Assembly: GCA_965649585.1 (NCBI GenBank)
Contig: CBFGLL010000001.1
Location: forward strand, 1-46,474
DNA from: an uncultured Chitinophagaceae bacterium
Lineage (GTDB): Bacteria > Bacteroidota > Bacteroidia > Chitinophagales > Chitinophagaceae
Length of the DNA stretch: 46,474 bases
Reading direction: 5' to 3'
The notes under the pieces are model-generated. The model had not been told where the DNA came from, ran no database searches, and saw only the letters and a list, made by a program, of their open reading frames with translations. Of this stretch, positions 18,792-29,558 are shown piece by piece. Made by a program: the position numbers and the translations under genes. The stretch's first letter is position 1. The number at the start of each line of letters is the position of its first letter.

Positions 18792-21458
18792 TTATTCTAA
18801 TATTGGCCTCAACCACCTTGTCATCTCTTCAATACTGCTTCCTTTACGGGCCGCATAGTCATGCAATTGGTCTTTTTCAATTTTTCCAACTCCAAAGTAT
18901 TTGCTTCCAGGGTTTGCAAAATACCAACCGCAAACGGAAGCTGCAGGGTACATGGCCAGTGATTCTGTGAGGTGAATTTTGGTGGCTTCTTCGCCCCCCA
19001 GTAATTGAAATAATTTATACTTCTCGGTATGATCGGGGCAGGCAGGATAACCAGGTGCGGGCCTTATGCCCTGGTATTCTTCTTTGATCAACTGTTCATT
19101 TGATAAAGCTTCGTCTTTTACATAGCCCCAGTACTCTGTTCTCGTTTTGGCATGGAGATATTCGGCAAAAGCTTCTGCCAATCGATCTGCGAGCGCCTGC
19201 AACATGATCTTGTTATAGTCATCATGCTGTGCTTCGAACCTTTTAATATGTTCTTCGATACCGCTGATGGTCACAGAGAATGCACCGATATAATCCTGCA
19301 CATTCAATTCTGCAGGTGCAATAAAATCCGCTAACGAATAATTAGGCTGCCCTGGTGCTTTTTTCAATTGCTGCCGCAAAAATTCCAGTTGTATCACTTC
19401 GCCTTCATGATGCACGTGCACGGTATCAGGTGCTGTTTTATTGGCTTCCCAAAAACCAACGGTGCCGTGTGCGGTCAGCCATTTTTCTTCCACCACTTTT
19501 TGCAGCAATGCTTTTGCATCGTTATGGAGTTTGGTAGCTTCTGTACCAATCAGTTCATCGCTGAGTATCTGCGGAAATTTTCCATGCATTTCCCAGGCTA
19601 TAAAAAAAGGCTGCCAGTCTATGTAGGGCATCAATAAAGCCAGGTCAAGGCCTTCTACCTGCCTGGTACCGGTAAATGTAGGTGGCACAGGGGTAAAAGA
19701 ATTCCAGTCTATCGGCGCAGGATTTTTTTGCGCATCCGCAAAAGATAAAAACTGCTTAATGGTTTTTTTGGCGGCAAAATCCGTTCTTAGTTTCTCATAT
19801 TCCGCTTTGATACCTGATAGAAAATTTGTTTTCTGCTCATTGAGCAGGCTACCGGTAACGGTTACACTGCGACTCGCATCTAATACGTGTACCACGCCCT
19901 CTTCGTACTGAGGGGCAATTTTTACCGCCGTATGCATACGACTGGTGGTGGCGCCACCAATGAGTAGCGGCAAATTCATATTACGTCGTTTCATTTCGTG
20001 GGCCACATGTACCATTTCATCGAGTGATGGTGTTATCAATCCGGAAAGACCAACCACAGCAGCTTTGTGCTTAATGGCTTCGTCTAATATTTTATCAGCA
20101 GGTACCATTACCCCGAGGTCTACAATATTATACCCATTACACCCCAGCACTACGCCCACGATATTTTTACCGATATCGTGCACGTCGCCTTTTACGGTTG
20201 CCAACAGCACTGTTGGTGCGTTGCTGGCTTCCTGCTTTTCTGCTTCGATATAGGGTTGCAACCAGGCCACACTTTTTTTCATTACCCTGGCGCTTTTTAC
20301 AACCTGTGGCAAAAACATTTTACCTGCGCCAAAAAGGTCACCCACTACATTCATTCCATCCATCAACGGGCCTTCAATTACTTCGAGTGGTTTGGGATAT
20401 TTCTGCCTGGCTTCTTCTGTGTCGGCATCAATATAGTCAGTAATGCCATTTACGAGTGAATGCGTCAACCGCTCCTCCACGGTTCCTTTGCGCCAGCTCT
20501 CATCCTTTATCGTTTCCTTTCCTTTTGCTTTAACCGTTTCAGCAAAAGCAATGAGTTTTTCTGTGGTTTCGTTGTTGTCATTGTTTTTGTTGAGGATAAC
20601 ATCTTCGCAAAGTTGTTTCAGGTTTGGTTCAATATCATCGTAGATCACCAACTGCCCGGCATTTACAATGCCCATATCCATTCCGGCTTGTATGGCGTGG
20701 TAAAGAAATACGCTGTGAATGGCTTCCCGCACATGATCATTGCCCCTGAAGGAAAAAGAAACATTACTCACACCGCCGCTTACTTTGGTGAGCGGCATCA
20801 GTTGTTTTATTTCCCGGGTGGCTTCAATAAAATCAACTGCATAATTGTTATGTTCTTCAATGCCGGTTGCAATAGCAAAAATGTTGGGGTCGAAAATAAT
20901 GTCCTGTGGGGCATAGCCTACTTTATTTACGAGAATATCGTATGCCCTTTTACATATTTCCACTTTACGTTCCTTAGTATCTGCCTGGCCCTGTTCATCA
21001 AATGCCATAACGATGACCGATGCACCAAATGATTTGCAGATAAAAGCCTGCTCTATAAATTTTTCTTCTCCTTCTTTCATGGAGATGGAATTCACAATAC
21101 ATTTTCCCTGGATGCATTTCAGGCCGGCTTCAATGATCTCGAACTTACTACTGTCAATCATGATGGGGATCTTGGCAATATCGGGCTCCGACTGCAGCAG
21201 GTTAATGAACTGGGTCATGGCTTTTACGCCATCGAGCAGGGCATCATCCATGTTTACGTCGAGTACCTGTGCGCCGTTTTCTACCTGCTGGCGGGCCACA
21301 CTGAGGGCTTCCTCAAAATGTCCTTCTCTAATCAGCCGGGCGAATTTTTTACTGCCGGTTACGTTGGTGCGCTCGCCTACGTTCACAAAATTTGTTTCGG
21401 GGCGCACGATCAATGGCTCGAGACCGCTGAGTCGTAAATATGGTTTGATCGAGTTCAT
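18792..21458 (-). CDS. metH: B12-dependent methionine synthase, pterin/cobalamin/reactivation part
   Basis: [38 protein letters not shown] (B12 His), [12 protein letters not shown]. Likely start MNSIKP. Confidence 0.96.
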   Translation of the reverse strand: MNSIKPYLRLSGLEPLIVRPETNFVNVGERTNVTGSKKFARLIREGHFEEALSVARQQVENGAQVLDVNMDDALLDGVKAMTQFINLLQSEPDIAKIPIMIDSSKFEIIEAGLKCIQGKCIVNSISMKEGEEKFIEQAFICKSFGASVIVMAFDEQGQADTKERKVEICKRAYDILVNKVGYAPQDIIFDPNIFAIATGIEEHNNYAVDFIEATREIKQLMPLTKVSGGVSNVSFSFRGNDHVREAIHSVFLYHAIQAGMDMGIVNAGQLVIYDDIEPNLKQLCEDVILNKNNDNNETTEKLIAFAETVKAKGKETIKDESWRKGTVEERLTHSLVNGITDYIDADTEEARQKYPKPLEVIEGPLMDGMNVVGDLFGAGKMFLPQVVKSARVMKKSVAWLQPYIEAEKQEASNAPTVLLATVKGDVHDIGKNIVGVVLGCNGYNIVDLGVMVPADKILDEAIKHKAAVVGLSGLITPSLDEMVHVAHEMKRRNMNLPLLIGGATTSRMHTAVKIAPQYEEGVVHVLDASRSVTVTGSLLNEQKTNFLSGIKAEYEKLRTDFAAKKTIKQFLSFADAQKNPAPIDWNSFTPVPPTFTGTRQVEGLDLALLMPYIDWQPFFIAWEMHGKFPQILSDELIGTEATKLHNDAKALLQKVVEEKWLTAHGTVGFWEANKTAPDTVHVHHEGEVIQLEFLRQQLKKAPGQPNYSLADFIAPAELNVQDYIGAFSVTISGIEEHIKRFEAQHDDYNKIMLQALADRLAEAFAEYLHAKTRTEYWGYVKDEALSNEQLIKEEYQGIRPAPGYPACPDHTEKYKLFQLLGGEEATKIHLTESLAMYPAASVCGWYFANPGSKYFGVGKIEKDQLHDYAARKGSSIEEMTRWLRPILE

Positions 21459-21471
21459 TTTTTTATTTTTT

Positions 21472-21953
21472 GCCACTAAGACACTAAGCCGCCAAGAGGC
21501 ACAAAGAGTTCTTAATTATAAAACCATCCTTTTAATCCCATCTTTTATTAACGGGACGGTGAAATTTATGATATATCCAAGATGCAAATTTGACAGCCTT
21601 AAATAACTAAGTAGCTGAGCTTCCCACACAGGATGATAATTTTCCTGTGCTTTCAGTTCAACGATGATTGTATCATTTACCAATATATCCAATCTTAGAG
21701 CATCATCAAATTGCAAATTGTCATAAACAATGTGAACCCTTCTTTGGGTAGTAAAGGGTATTTGCCGCTTACTCAATTCATAGCAAAAGCACGCTTCATA
21801 CACTTTCTCTAGTAAGCCAGGACCCAAGGTCTTGTGGATTGTGTAAGCTATGTCTACGATTTGCTTGCCTATCCATTCATCCTGGGAACTTATTTGAGTG
21901 TTCATATTGAAATTAATTCTTTGTGCCTCTTTCTGTCTTTGGGTCTTTGTGGC
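21472..21953. mobile_element. GxxExxY cassette bounded by 36-bp imperfect inverted repeats
   Basis: Arm 21472-21507 gccactaagacactaagccgccaagaggcacaaaga; revcomp of 21918-21953 gccacaaagacccaaagacagaaagaggcacaaaga (29/36 identical). Confidence 0.7.
21516..21905 (-). CDS. GxxExxY protein (PD-(D/E)XK-fold family)
   Basis: LGPGLLEKVYE; RLDILV..IIVELKA; AQLLSYL; GYIINF. Confidence 0.93.
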   Translation of the reverse strand: MNTQISSQDEWIGKQIVDIAYTIHKTLGPGLLEKVYEACFCYELSKRQIPFTTQRRVHIVYDNLQFDDALRLDILVNDTIIVELKAQENYHPVWEAQLLSYLRLSNLHLGYIINFTVPLIKDGIKRMVL

Positions 21954-22951
21954 TAAAACACTTCTTCCAACACCGGCAACTCCCTCGGTTTATACTTTTT
22001 CACTTCCTGTGCAATATGATTAATATGATCCGGTGTGGTGCCGCAACATCCGCCAACAATGTTTAAATACCCTTCTTTCGCCCAGTCCTGGATAATATGT
22101 GCTGTTTCATGCGGCTGCTCATCATATTCGCCAAAGGCATTAGGCAGGCCGGCATTAGGATATGCAGACACATAGCATGATGCAATAGACGAAAGCTCTT
22201 CAATATGCGGGCGCATCTGCGTGGCACCTAGGGCACAATTTAAACCGATGCTAAGCGGGTTAGCATGCATCACTGAAACATAAAATGCTTCTAAGGTTTG
22301 CCCGCTTAAAGTTCTTCCACTGGCATCAGTGATAGTACCACTGATCATGATCGGCAATTCGGGAATATTGTTTTTCCTGAAATAATTTTTGGCCGCATAG
22401 ATCGCAGCTTTTGCGTTGAGCGTATCAAAGATTGTTTCGATCAACAAAATATCAGCACCTCCATCCACTAAACCTCTAATCTGTTCCGTGTAAGCTTCGG
22501 CCACTTCATCAAATGTTACCGACCTAAAGCCGGGATTATTTACATCGGGGGACAGTGATAATGTTTTATTTAACGGGCCGATAGCGCCGGCTATCCATGC
22601 TGTTTTGCCCGACACCGCAATAGCATCTTTAGCGCATTGAACGGAGGCAACATTTAATTCATAAGCAAGCGACTGCATATCATAGTCTGCCTGTGCAATG
22701 CTGGTGCTGCTGAAGGTATTGGTTTCAATAATATCTGCGCCTGCATCCAGGTATTGTTTATGGATAGCAGTGATCACTTCGGGCTTGGTGATGCTGAGCA
22801 GGTCGTTATTGCCTTTCACATCTGTATGCCAGTCCTTGAACCGTTCTCCACGATAATCGGCTTCTTCCAGTTTGTAACGCTGTATCATGGTACCCATAGC
22901 ACCGTCGATGATGAGGATGCGTTTTTTTAATTCGTCTTTTATACTAGCCAT
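21953..22951 (-). CDS. metH: Methionine synthase homocysteine S-methyltransferase (N-terminal) part
   Basis: [41 protein letters not shown]. Likely start MASIKDEL. Confidence 0.95.
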   Translation of the reverse strand: MASIKDELKKRILIIDGAMGTMIQRYKLEEADYRGERFKDWHTDVKGNNDLLSITKPEVITAIHKQYLDAGADIIETNTFSSTSIAQADYDMQSLAYELNVASVQCAKDAIAVSGKTAWIAGAIGPLNKTLSLSPDVNNPGFRSVTFDEVAEAYTEQIRGLVDGGADILLIETIFDTLNAKAAIYAAKNYFRKNNIPELPIMISGTITDASGRTLSGQTLEAFYVSVMHANPLSIGLNCALGATQMRPHIEELSSIASCYVSAYPNAGLPNAFGEYDEQPHETAHIIQDWAKEGYLNIVGGCCGTTPDHINHIAQEVKKYKPRELPVLEEVF

Positions 22952-23091
22952 AAAAGTATATGGCGGCGCACATCGATCAACAATGGTATGCAGTACAAGT
23001 GTGCGACGCAACAATGTTTGATGCCTGCACTGCAGCTGGTATTCAATATATAAACTGATAAACGATTACGGAATTCCTGGTAGGAGAAAAA

Positions 23092-23158
23092 GTAGCTCGT
23101 TTATTAGTTCAAGATTTTTACAACCCAGGGGATGAACAATAAACAAATCCGCCCCTGT
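23092..23158 (-). ncRNA. Probable SAM-II (long loop) riboswitch
   Basis: Minus strand CAGGGG-CGGAUUUGUUUAUUG...CCCCUG-GGUUGUAAAAAUCUUGAAC-UAAUAAACGAGCUAC. P1 is CAGGGG/CCCCUG, with pseudoknot UUUGUUUAUUG/UAAUAAACGAG and a terminal GCUA. It lies between the promoter and metH. Confidence 0.75.
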
Positions 23159-23167
23159 AATGAGCTG

Positions 23168-23175
23168 CAAATATA
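23168..23175 (-). promoter_or_regulatory. -7 promoter of the metH operon
   Basis: TATATTTG immediately upstream of the riboswitch. Confidence 0.7.
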
Positions 23176-23177
23176 CA

Positions 23178-23208
23178 TAAGAAAGCCGTAACGCAAAACG
23201 CTACGGCT
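23178..23208 (-). terminator. Intrinsic terminator after the lipoprotein gene
   Basis: Minus strand agccgtagcg-tttt-gcgttacggct followed by ttctt. Confidence 0.6.
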
Positions 23209-23247
23209 GGCAAACAAAACGACTCAAGAATATTGGACCTCAGCGGG

Positions 23248-23664
23248 CTACAGGCTGGTAAACTCCAGCCGGTCATCCTGGGAGGGATTATCGTCTTTTA
23301 ATTTGATAGATGTTGCATTTTTTTCAACTATGAGCCAGTCATCGGTAAGATCGTCAAATGGCACAGGCCCGGTGAAATTAATGATGAATTTGTTGCTGGT
23401 TTGGCTCCAGGTGCCGGTGGCAGTATTGCTTCCGTTGCTGGCCGTTACCACGCCGCCACTCGCAAAAGTGAAGCTATAGCCGTTGAATTTATTTGTTTCA
23501 TCACCAGTGTCCCAATACATGGAAATGCGCCAGTTGCCTGATGGAGGAAGGCTGTTATTGCCTCCGTTATCATCGGTACTGTCGTGTTTGGAACATGAGC
23601 TGAGTGTGGTTGCCAAAGCAAACAGCAGCACTAAAAATCGATTTGTAAACAATAAGTTTTTCAT
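23248..23664 (-). CDS. Lipoprotein, beta-rich (lipocalin-like?)
   Basis: Start MKNLLF; lipobox TLSSC followed by SKHDSTDD; GNWRIS...GYSFTF...GTW...DDWLI. Confidence 0.75.
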   Translation of the reverse strand: MKNLLFTNRFLVLLFALATTLSSCSKHDSTDDNGGNNSLPPSGNWRISMYWDTGDETNKFNGYSFTFASGGVVTASNGSNTATGTWSQTSNKFIINFTGPVPFDDLTDDWLIVEKNATSIKLKDDNPSQDDRLEFTSL

Positions 23665-23726
23665 ACCCGTATGTTTTTTGATAATACAAGTTGGCACTTT
23701 TGCAGCGTGCAAACAAAGGAGTTAAA

Positions 23727-23757
23727 CTGAACGGGGATAATTGTTAGCTAAACCGGG
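23727..23757 (-). promoter_or_regulatory. Candidate LytTR binding site (direct repeat, 21-bp period)
   Basis: ctgaacggggataattgttagctaaaccggg; 24/31 identical to 31136-31166. Confidence 0.65.
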
Positions 23758-23759
23758 AA

Positions 23760-24542
23760 TCAGGGGTTATTATTATCATCAAGCCAATGTTTGAATTCAG
23801 CAGATCGCTCTGCACTCACGATGGTTTCATGGCGGCTGGGAGGATTTAATTTTACAAGCACCCGGCCCTTGGTATGTGCAAACATTTCTGCAATGGCCTG
23901 AATAGAAATGATGAACTGCCTGTTGATGCGGAAAAAAATTGCAGGATCGAGCATGGTTTCCAGTGCCTCCAGGTTTTGATCTGTGATGTACCTGCGGTTT
24001 TCGAAAGTAGTGAGAAAGTTCACTTTTTCTTCTGTATTAAAATAGGCGATCTCCTGTGTGTTGATGGTTTTAATATGATCGCCGTAACGCACCGCAAATC
24101 GTTTTTTATACTCCTTCACCGGCTGTTGAAATGCTTTTATGATCTCATCAATTGGAATAGCAGGGGCAGTATTGCGGCTGAAATTTTCGCTGAACTTGAG
24201 CAGTGCTTTTTCCAGTTCCGCCTTTTTTACCGGTTTTAAAATATAATCAATACTGTTTATTTTGAATGCCTGGATAGCATATTGATCAAATGCCGTGGTA
24301 AAAATTACAGGGCATGTTTTGCTAATCGTTTTAAATATTTCGAAACTAATGCCATCACTCAATTGTATATCGGATAGAATTAAATCGGGCATCGAATGTT
24401 GCTTTAGCCATTCGATGGATTGCTGAACGCTGTGCGGCTGCGCTACCAATTCCGCCTGGGGTAAAATTTCTTTGAGCATTTTCCATAGCCGGTTTGCGGC
24501 CGGCTCTTCATCTTCAATTAAAAGTATCTTATATGCTGTCAT
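23760..24542 (-). CDS. LytR/AlgR family response regulator
   Basis: IEDE, DIQLSDG, FTTAFDQYA, DYILKP; LytTR domain FFRINRQFII. Confidence 0.95.
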   Translation of the reverse strand: MTAYKILLIEDEEPAANRLWKMLKEILPQAELVAQPHSVQQSIEWLKQHSMPDLILSDIQLSDGISFEIFKTISKTCPVIFTTAFDQYAIQAFKINSIDYILKPVKKAELEKALLKFSENFSRNTAPAIPIDEIIKAFQQPVKEYKKRFAVRYGDHIKTINTQEIAYFNTEEKVNFLTTFENRRYITDQNLEALETMLDPAIFFRINRQFIISIQAIAEMFAHTKGRVLVKLNPPSRHETIVSAERSAEFKHWLDDNNNP

Positions 24543-27408
24543 TTGGTATAAGGGGTAATTTAATTAAAAACTGTGTTTCCGTATCTTCTATCATCACCTC
24601 CCGGTTGCTGAGTAATAAAAAACGATTGCGGATATTTTGTAAACCCAGGCCTGCACCGGGTTGCAGAATATTTCTTTTGCTTTTTGCATTTACAATGGTC
24701 AACCAGTTTGGTTCTACAAAGCTGATGATTACCAGCAGGGGACTGTCTTTTGAAACGGCATTATGTTTCATCGCATTTTCGAGCAACAACTGCAAAGTGA
24801 GCGGCGGTATCTGGAAATTTTCTTTTTGTTGTTGGCTTACATGCACCTGCATCTGCAATGCAGCTCCATACCGTTTTTGTTGAAGAAAGAAATAAGTGTT
24901 TAGCAGGTCCAGTTCTTCTGCCAGTGAAATGGTATCCTTATCCCGGTAACTAACAATATGCCTGAAAAAATCACTTAGTTGCTCCGTGTATTCAACAGCG
25001 AGTTTGGGATCCTGCTCTATGGTTGAAATAAGGGTATTAAAACTATTGAATAAAAAATGTGGGTTTACCTGGTTACGCAGCACTTCAAAACGAAACTGCA
25101 TTTTTTCATGCTGAAGTTGTTGCATTTTCCGGAACTGGCGTTCCCTGTTGCGAATGAGTCCATACAAAATCAATCCCGTAACTGCAGCCACCACCAGGAA
25201 AAACCACCAGGTAGTATAAAATGCTTTTTTAATGGTAAACTGGTAAGAAGCTTCCTGTGCATTTACAAAGTTTTTGTTGAGAGAAGAACGCACTTTGAAG
25301 GTATATTCACCCGGCTCCAGTTTTGGAAAGGTCTGGCTGCGATCCATGGTATTGATCCAGTTACTATCGAGGCCTTCCAACTTGTACTGGTAATAAACGG
25401 CTGCCGGATCTGTATAATACAACCCGATAAAATCGAATTGAAAATTGTTCTCATCGTGGTTAAAAACCTTTTTACCTGTATCGATGTTTGCTCCAAACAC
25501 GCTTACAGATCGAAGGATGGTTTTTGGATGTGCCAACGCATCCTTTGGCAGGTCGTATGCGATAATCCCTCGTTCCCCTGCTACCAAAATTCTGCCCATA
25601 TCATCAATGGCTACGGCGCCGAGATTATCTGCATTGATAGCACCCACAATTTTGGAAGAGAGGTAAGAAACCCGGCCGGTAGATGGTTCGATAATATCGA
25701 TCCCATTTTTATTTACTACTGCGATATTTCCCGAGCCAAGTGTTTTGACCACGGAGATATATAAGTCGGAAATACCTTGCTGCAACCCAAAGTTTGTAAA
25801 GCTGCCGCCATCATATTTGTAAACGCCGGATGAGGCAGTGCTGAACCAAATATTGCCCGCTTTATCTTCTGCGATAGAATAGATATGAGCATCCTTCAGT
25901 TTATCTTTTTCCCCAAACTCCAGCACGCTGCCATTATCGGCCTGCATCCAGATACCATCGCCATCTGTTGCAAACCATGTCCTGTTTTTACTGTCTTTAA
26001 AAATATTGTAGATAAAATGCGTGGAAGCATTGCCGCCATTCATGCGGTGTACCCGGTAGCCCGCAGGCGTTACCTGAATGCTGAAAGCGCCCTGCAGTGT
26101 GCAGGCATACATTACTTGTCCCTTGCCACTGAGAGAGAGTACACTCGTGTTTTGAAGTACGGCATCGGGAAAAGGCCGCAGCTTCCCTGATTTTTTATCA
26201 TAAGTAAACAGGCCTTTGCCCATGGTACCGATCCAGATATTTTTAAACGCATCTTCATACAGCGCCGTAATATCTGTTGCATAATCTACCGGCACTGCCA
26301 CCCGGTTGATGATGGAACCGGTTTTTATATCCAACTGGTAAACTCCCTGGTCTTCGCCAAACCAGGCATTGCCGTTACTGTCGAATAAGAGTGCATGAAT
26401 TTTATCATAAACGCCGTTTACAGCATACGGAATTACCTGCAGCTGGTTGTTTTTAATATTTACAAGATTGTTCTGATGATTGCTAAACCAAATGTTTCCC
26501 TGCGGATCTTTAATTAGCTGGTGAACATCCTGTGGCGTTGCACTTTTTGTTAGGTGGAAACTGTTTGCGGCAATATCAAATCTTATTAATCCATTTTCCT
26601 GGGTAGCGATCCAGAGATCATTGCCATCCTGCAGAATATCAGTTACCTCCCCATATGTCCATTGTTTCATAGCAGGCACCAACAGAATTTTCTGTTGTGA
26701 ATGATCATACAAACAAAATCCTTTGTCTTGCATGCCTATCCAAAACCGGTTATTACCGGCAGGGGAAATACTGGTTACAATATAATCTGGCAGACCCTGC
26801 GCCGGTGTGATGGAGCGGGTTATTTTAGATCTGTTTGCAGGGCTGCAAACCAGCAGGCCCTGGTCGGTTGCTGCCAACACTTCACCGGAGGTCGTGGCAC
26901 AAAGACTGTTGATATTGAGATCGGCAATACCATTATCTGCATTGAGCAGGTACTGCTTGTTGTTCAATTGGTAGTATATACCTTCTCCATAAGATGCATA
27001 CCAGAGATTATTGTGCACATCGAAACAGATGGCGCTGATACGTTTTGACGGCGTTCCTTCTTCTGGATCGAAAAATGTTACCTGGTCGTTTACCAGTTTT
27101 GCGAGGCGGCCACTTTTAAACCCAGCCCAAATGGTATGAGAAGCATCCTGAGCAATGGCGGTCACGGTATCGGTATAGTCTTTATTTTTAAAATAGAATT
27201 TGCTGAAGGATTCGCCGTCGAAACTGAAAAGACCGGAATTAGTGCCTACGTAAATAAAACCATTATGGCCCTTAAAAATACAATTGATGGTTACGGCCCT
27301 GTTATCTTCTTGTAAAGAAAAACGCTTTTCGGCAAGCGGCTGACAAAAAGCGGTTTGCGAAAAAAGCAGTATGGTTACAATTAATATAAGCCGGGTAAAA
27401 ATGAACAT
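24529..27408 (-). CDS. LytS-type sensor histidine kinase with beta-propeller and Y_Y_Y periplasmic domains
   Basis: Repeated D..G.IW propeller blades; YQYKLEG; TM helix; QVNPHFLFNSFN; ENAMKHN; GLGLQNI. Confidence 0.92.
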   Translation of the reverse strand: MFIFTRLILIVTILLFSQTAFCQPLAEKRFSLQEDNRAVTINCIFKGHNGFIYVGTNSGLFSFDGESFSKFYFKNKDYTDTVTAIAQDASHTIWAGFKSGRLAKLVNDQVTFFDPEEGTPSKRISAICFDVHNNLWYASYGEGIYYQLNNKQYLLNADNGIADLNINSLCATTSGEVLAATDQGLLVCSPANRSKITRSITPAQGLPDYIVTSISPAGNNRFWIGMQDKGFCLYDHSQQKILLVPAMKQWTYGEVTDILQDGNDLWIATQENGLIRFDIAANSFHLTKSATPQDVHQLIKDPQGNIWFSNHQNNLVNIKNNQLQVIPYAVNGVYDKIHALLFDSNGNAWFGEDQGVYQLDIKTGSIINRVAVPVDYATDITALYEDAFKNIWIGTMGKGLFTYDKKSGKLRPFPDAVLQNTSVLSLSGKGQVMYACTLQGAFSIQVTPAGYRVHRMNGGNASTHFIYNIFKDSKNRTWFATDGDGIWMQADNGSVLEFGEKDKLKDAHIYSIAEDKAGNIWFSTASSGVYKYDGGSFTNFGLQQGISDLYISVVKTLGSGNIAVVNKNGIDIIEPSTGRVSYLSSKIVGAINADNLGAVAIDDMGRILVAGERGIIAYDLPKDALAHPKTILRSVSVFGANIDTGKKVFNHDENNFQFDFIGLYYTDPAAVYYQYKLEGLDSNWINTMDRSQTFPKLEPGEYTFKVRSSLNKNFVNAQEASYQFTIKKAFYTTWWFFLVVAAVTGLILYGLIRNRERQFRKMQQLQHEKMQFRFEVLRNQVNPHFLFNSFNTLISTIEQDPKLAVEYTEQLSDFFRHIVSYRDKDTISLAEELDLLNTYFFLQQKRYGAALQMQVHVSQQQKENFQIPPLTLQLLLENAMKHNAVSKDSPLLVIISFVEPNWLTIVNAKSKRNILQPGAGLGLQNIRNRFLLLSNREVMIEDTETQFLIKLPLIPNDSI

Positions 27409-27956
27409 TATTGCGTTTGCATATTGGCCTTTACTTCTACCTTAATTTCTGAAGCTAGTTTTTCATGAACGATCTTAGGGATTGTAATATGGTGGTCGGC
27501 AAGCTGCACCGTAAAATGAGACAGCAGCTTCAACTTTCCCTTTTGTATATCGATGGTACTTTTTATAATGCGTTCCTGCTGCACACCATGAACGGTGAGT
27601 ATCCCTTTTGCCCTTACTACGTAGGTGCCGTCTTTAGAAAAATCAATGTCTTCAATGATCTTTCCTGAAAAACTCGCATCGGGGAAACGATCGCTTTCCA
27701 GGTAGTTTTCATTAAAATGCTCCCGCTGCAGCGGGCTGTTAAATCCTTTGAATGAATTGATCTTTACTGCAAAGGCAAAAAGTTTACGGGCCACATCCAG
27801 CCTGCCTTTCATTTCATTACTGGAAGCTTTAATCAACTCGAGCCTCGCCTCCGATACAAAATGTACATTTCCATCATGCACAGCATATACCTGACCCTGT
27901 ACTACCGAGGAAAAAAGAGCACCCGTTAATAAAAAAAGAAAAATATGCCGGCTCAT
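27408..27956 (-). CDS. YceI family protein
   Basis: Signal peptide; LQREHFNENYLESDRFP; GILTVHGV. Confidence 0.9.
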   Translation of the reverse strand: MSRHIFLFLLTGALFSSVVQGQVYAVHDGNVHFVSEARLELIKASSNEMKGRLDVARKLFAFAVKINSFKGFNSPLQREHFNENYLESDRFPDASFSGKIIEDIDFSKDGTYVVRAKGILTVHGVQQERIIKSTIDIQKGKLKLLSHFTVQLADHHITIPKIVHEKLASEIKVEVKANMQTQ

Positions 27957-28029
27957 GTTTAACGATTCATGTACAATTTAGGCATATTAATCATTTCAAT
28001 AAAAGTGAAAGAAAAACTTTAATAAATTT

Positions 28030-28941
28030 TTACTTGCGTTTACCTACTGTAAACACCCTTGATATATTAAATCCAAAATATACATCGCCCTTTTCCCATA
28101 GCCCACGGGTGCCGGTTATAAAGCTTCTTTCACTCATACCCTGCGAGTTGGTGAAATGTAGCTGAAATACGTGACCGCCTGTTTCTATATCAAACCCTAC
28201 AGAAAGCGCATCGGTAGTACCGGTAAGTTTATAACCCGGCAACTGGTAATAATATTCTGCATTAAAGCTCACCCTTTTGCTGAGTTTTTGCCGACCGCCA
28301 ATGCCGATCGCATACAGGTCGTTGGGATCGGTGGCAAGTTGCACCAGGTTAATATGTGTAAAGGTGGGCATCAGTTGAAAAGAAGTGCCTTCGCTGAATT
28401 TTCTGCCAATGAGCAGCTGGTGGGTAAATGATAATTTAGAAGTGATAAAATTTTTGCGATCCGGATCTTCAAACTTTTGGGTTTTAAGCGCCACTGTTGG
28501 TACATAACTCAGGGTAATTGGCATACTTCGCTTACCAGAAGACTGACGGAGTATTTTTAATTTAAAAAATGCATCCAGTGTTTTTTCAAAAGTACTACGG
28601 CCAAAGCCCACCATCAGGTAACGGGTTATACCATAATCAAGCCCCATGCGCATGGTAGCATTATCCAACCCAAATAGTTCGTACACTCCATTGTTTATTT
28701 TACCAAAGCGGTGTGATACTTTCATATCCAGTACACCTTTACCTACATTCTCTACTGTGTGGCCGTCGATGAGCCTGGTGGTTTTAAAAGTAGCTGTGGC
28801 ATAATTTGTACGATCTTTTTCATCGCCCATCAACTCCTTTTCTAACTGCCCCAGGAGGTCGGTGGTATCGTTTTGTGCCACCAGGCTGGTAGTACAACCG
28901 CAAAATCCCACAATAAATAATATCAGGTTTTTCATAAACAT
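28030..28941 (-). CDS. DUF5777-like outer membrane beta-barrel
   Basis: FKTTRLI.GH.VE; HRFG; FGLD; GFDIETGGHVFQLHFTNS; GFNISRVF. Start at M 28941 or 28935. Confidence 0.85.
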   Translation of the reverse strand: MFMKNLILFIVGFCGCTTSLVAQNDTTDLLGQLEKELMGDEKDRTNYATATFKTTRLIDGHTVENVGKGVLDMKVSHRFGKINNGVYELFGLDNATMRMGLDYGITRYLMVGFGRSTFEKTLDAFFKLKILRQSSGKRSMPITLSYVPTVALKTQKFEDPDRKNFITSKLSFTHQLLIGRKFSEGTSFQLMPTFTHINLVQLATDPNDLYAIGIGGRQKLSKRVSFNAEYYYQLPGYKLTGTTDALSVGFDIETGGHVFQLHFTNSQGMSERSFITGTRGLWEKGDVYFGFNISRVFTVGKRK

Positions 28942-28973
28942 TTGTTTGTGTACAAGCGAGCGAAAAACGCCCA

Positions 28974-29558
28974 TCAAAGTTTTTGGTTATAATCACAATC
29001 CACGCTTATCTCCACATTTTCTGCAATATTGTCTTTCACCAGTTTTGGAATAGATATTTTATAATCAGCCAGCTTTACGGTGAACTTACTACTGGCACTT
29101 GCGATCCCGTTTTTTACCAGGATGGTGCCGGGTGCGGTTACTTTATTGGTAACGCCGTGTATGTTAAGGTCGCCGGTTACTGTAACGTTGTAAGTGCCAT
29201 CTTTGCTAAAGTTCACTTTGCTGATGTCGGTGATGTTTCCCTTAAAACCGGCCTTTGGATATTTGTCACTCTCCAGGTAGTTTTCATTAAAATGTTCTTC
29301 CATCAGGGCCTTTTTAAACTTGAAGCTTTTGATGATCACCGAAAATTGCATTTCACCGGTTTGCTGGTTTAGTACACTCATCACCTGGTTATTGTCGGCA
29401 GAAATATTTTCCAGTGGAGCTTTACTGAAAAAAGAGATCGTTCCATTTTTTGTATAAACTTTCTGGGCAATTGCGGAAAAACCCCCTGCCATTAAAAATG
29501 CTGCTACCAGTAAAAAATTTTTTGTTTTCATCTTCTTCATTTTTTTAAATGTTTTCAT
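28974..29558 (-). CDS. YceI family protein
   Basis: Signal peptide; LMEEHFNENYLESDKYP; GDLNIHGVT. Confidence 0.9.
   Translation of the reverse strand: MKTFKKMKKMKTKNFLLVAAFLMAGGFSAIAQKVYTKNGTISFFSKAPLENISADNNQVMSVLNQQTGEMQFSVIIKSFKFKKALMEEHFNENYLESDKYPKAGFKGNITDISKVNFSKDGTYNVTVTGDLNIHGVTNKVTAPGTILVKNGIASASSKFTVKLADYKISIPKLVKDNIAENVEISVDCDYNQKL

Noticed and set aside
21013-21606. 197-aa plus-strand ORF crossing the cassette arm
   Set aside because: Antisense shadow of metH with no recognisable motifs.
18792-22951. metH as a disrupted pseudogene
   Set aside because: Both halves are intact with complete motifs and their own starts and stops. Split MetH is known in Bacteroidota, and removing the cassette still leaves a stop codon.
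25057-25764. 235-aa plus-strand ORF and other long antisense ORFs (e.g. 20460-21032, 39933-40454, 43107-43673)
   Set aside because: They fully overlap confident genes on the opposite strand and have no protein-like motifs.
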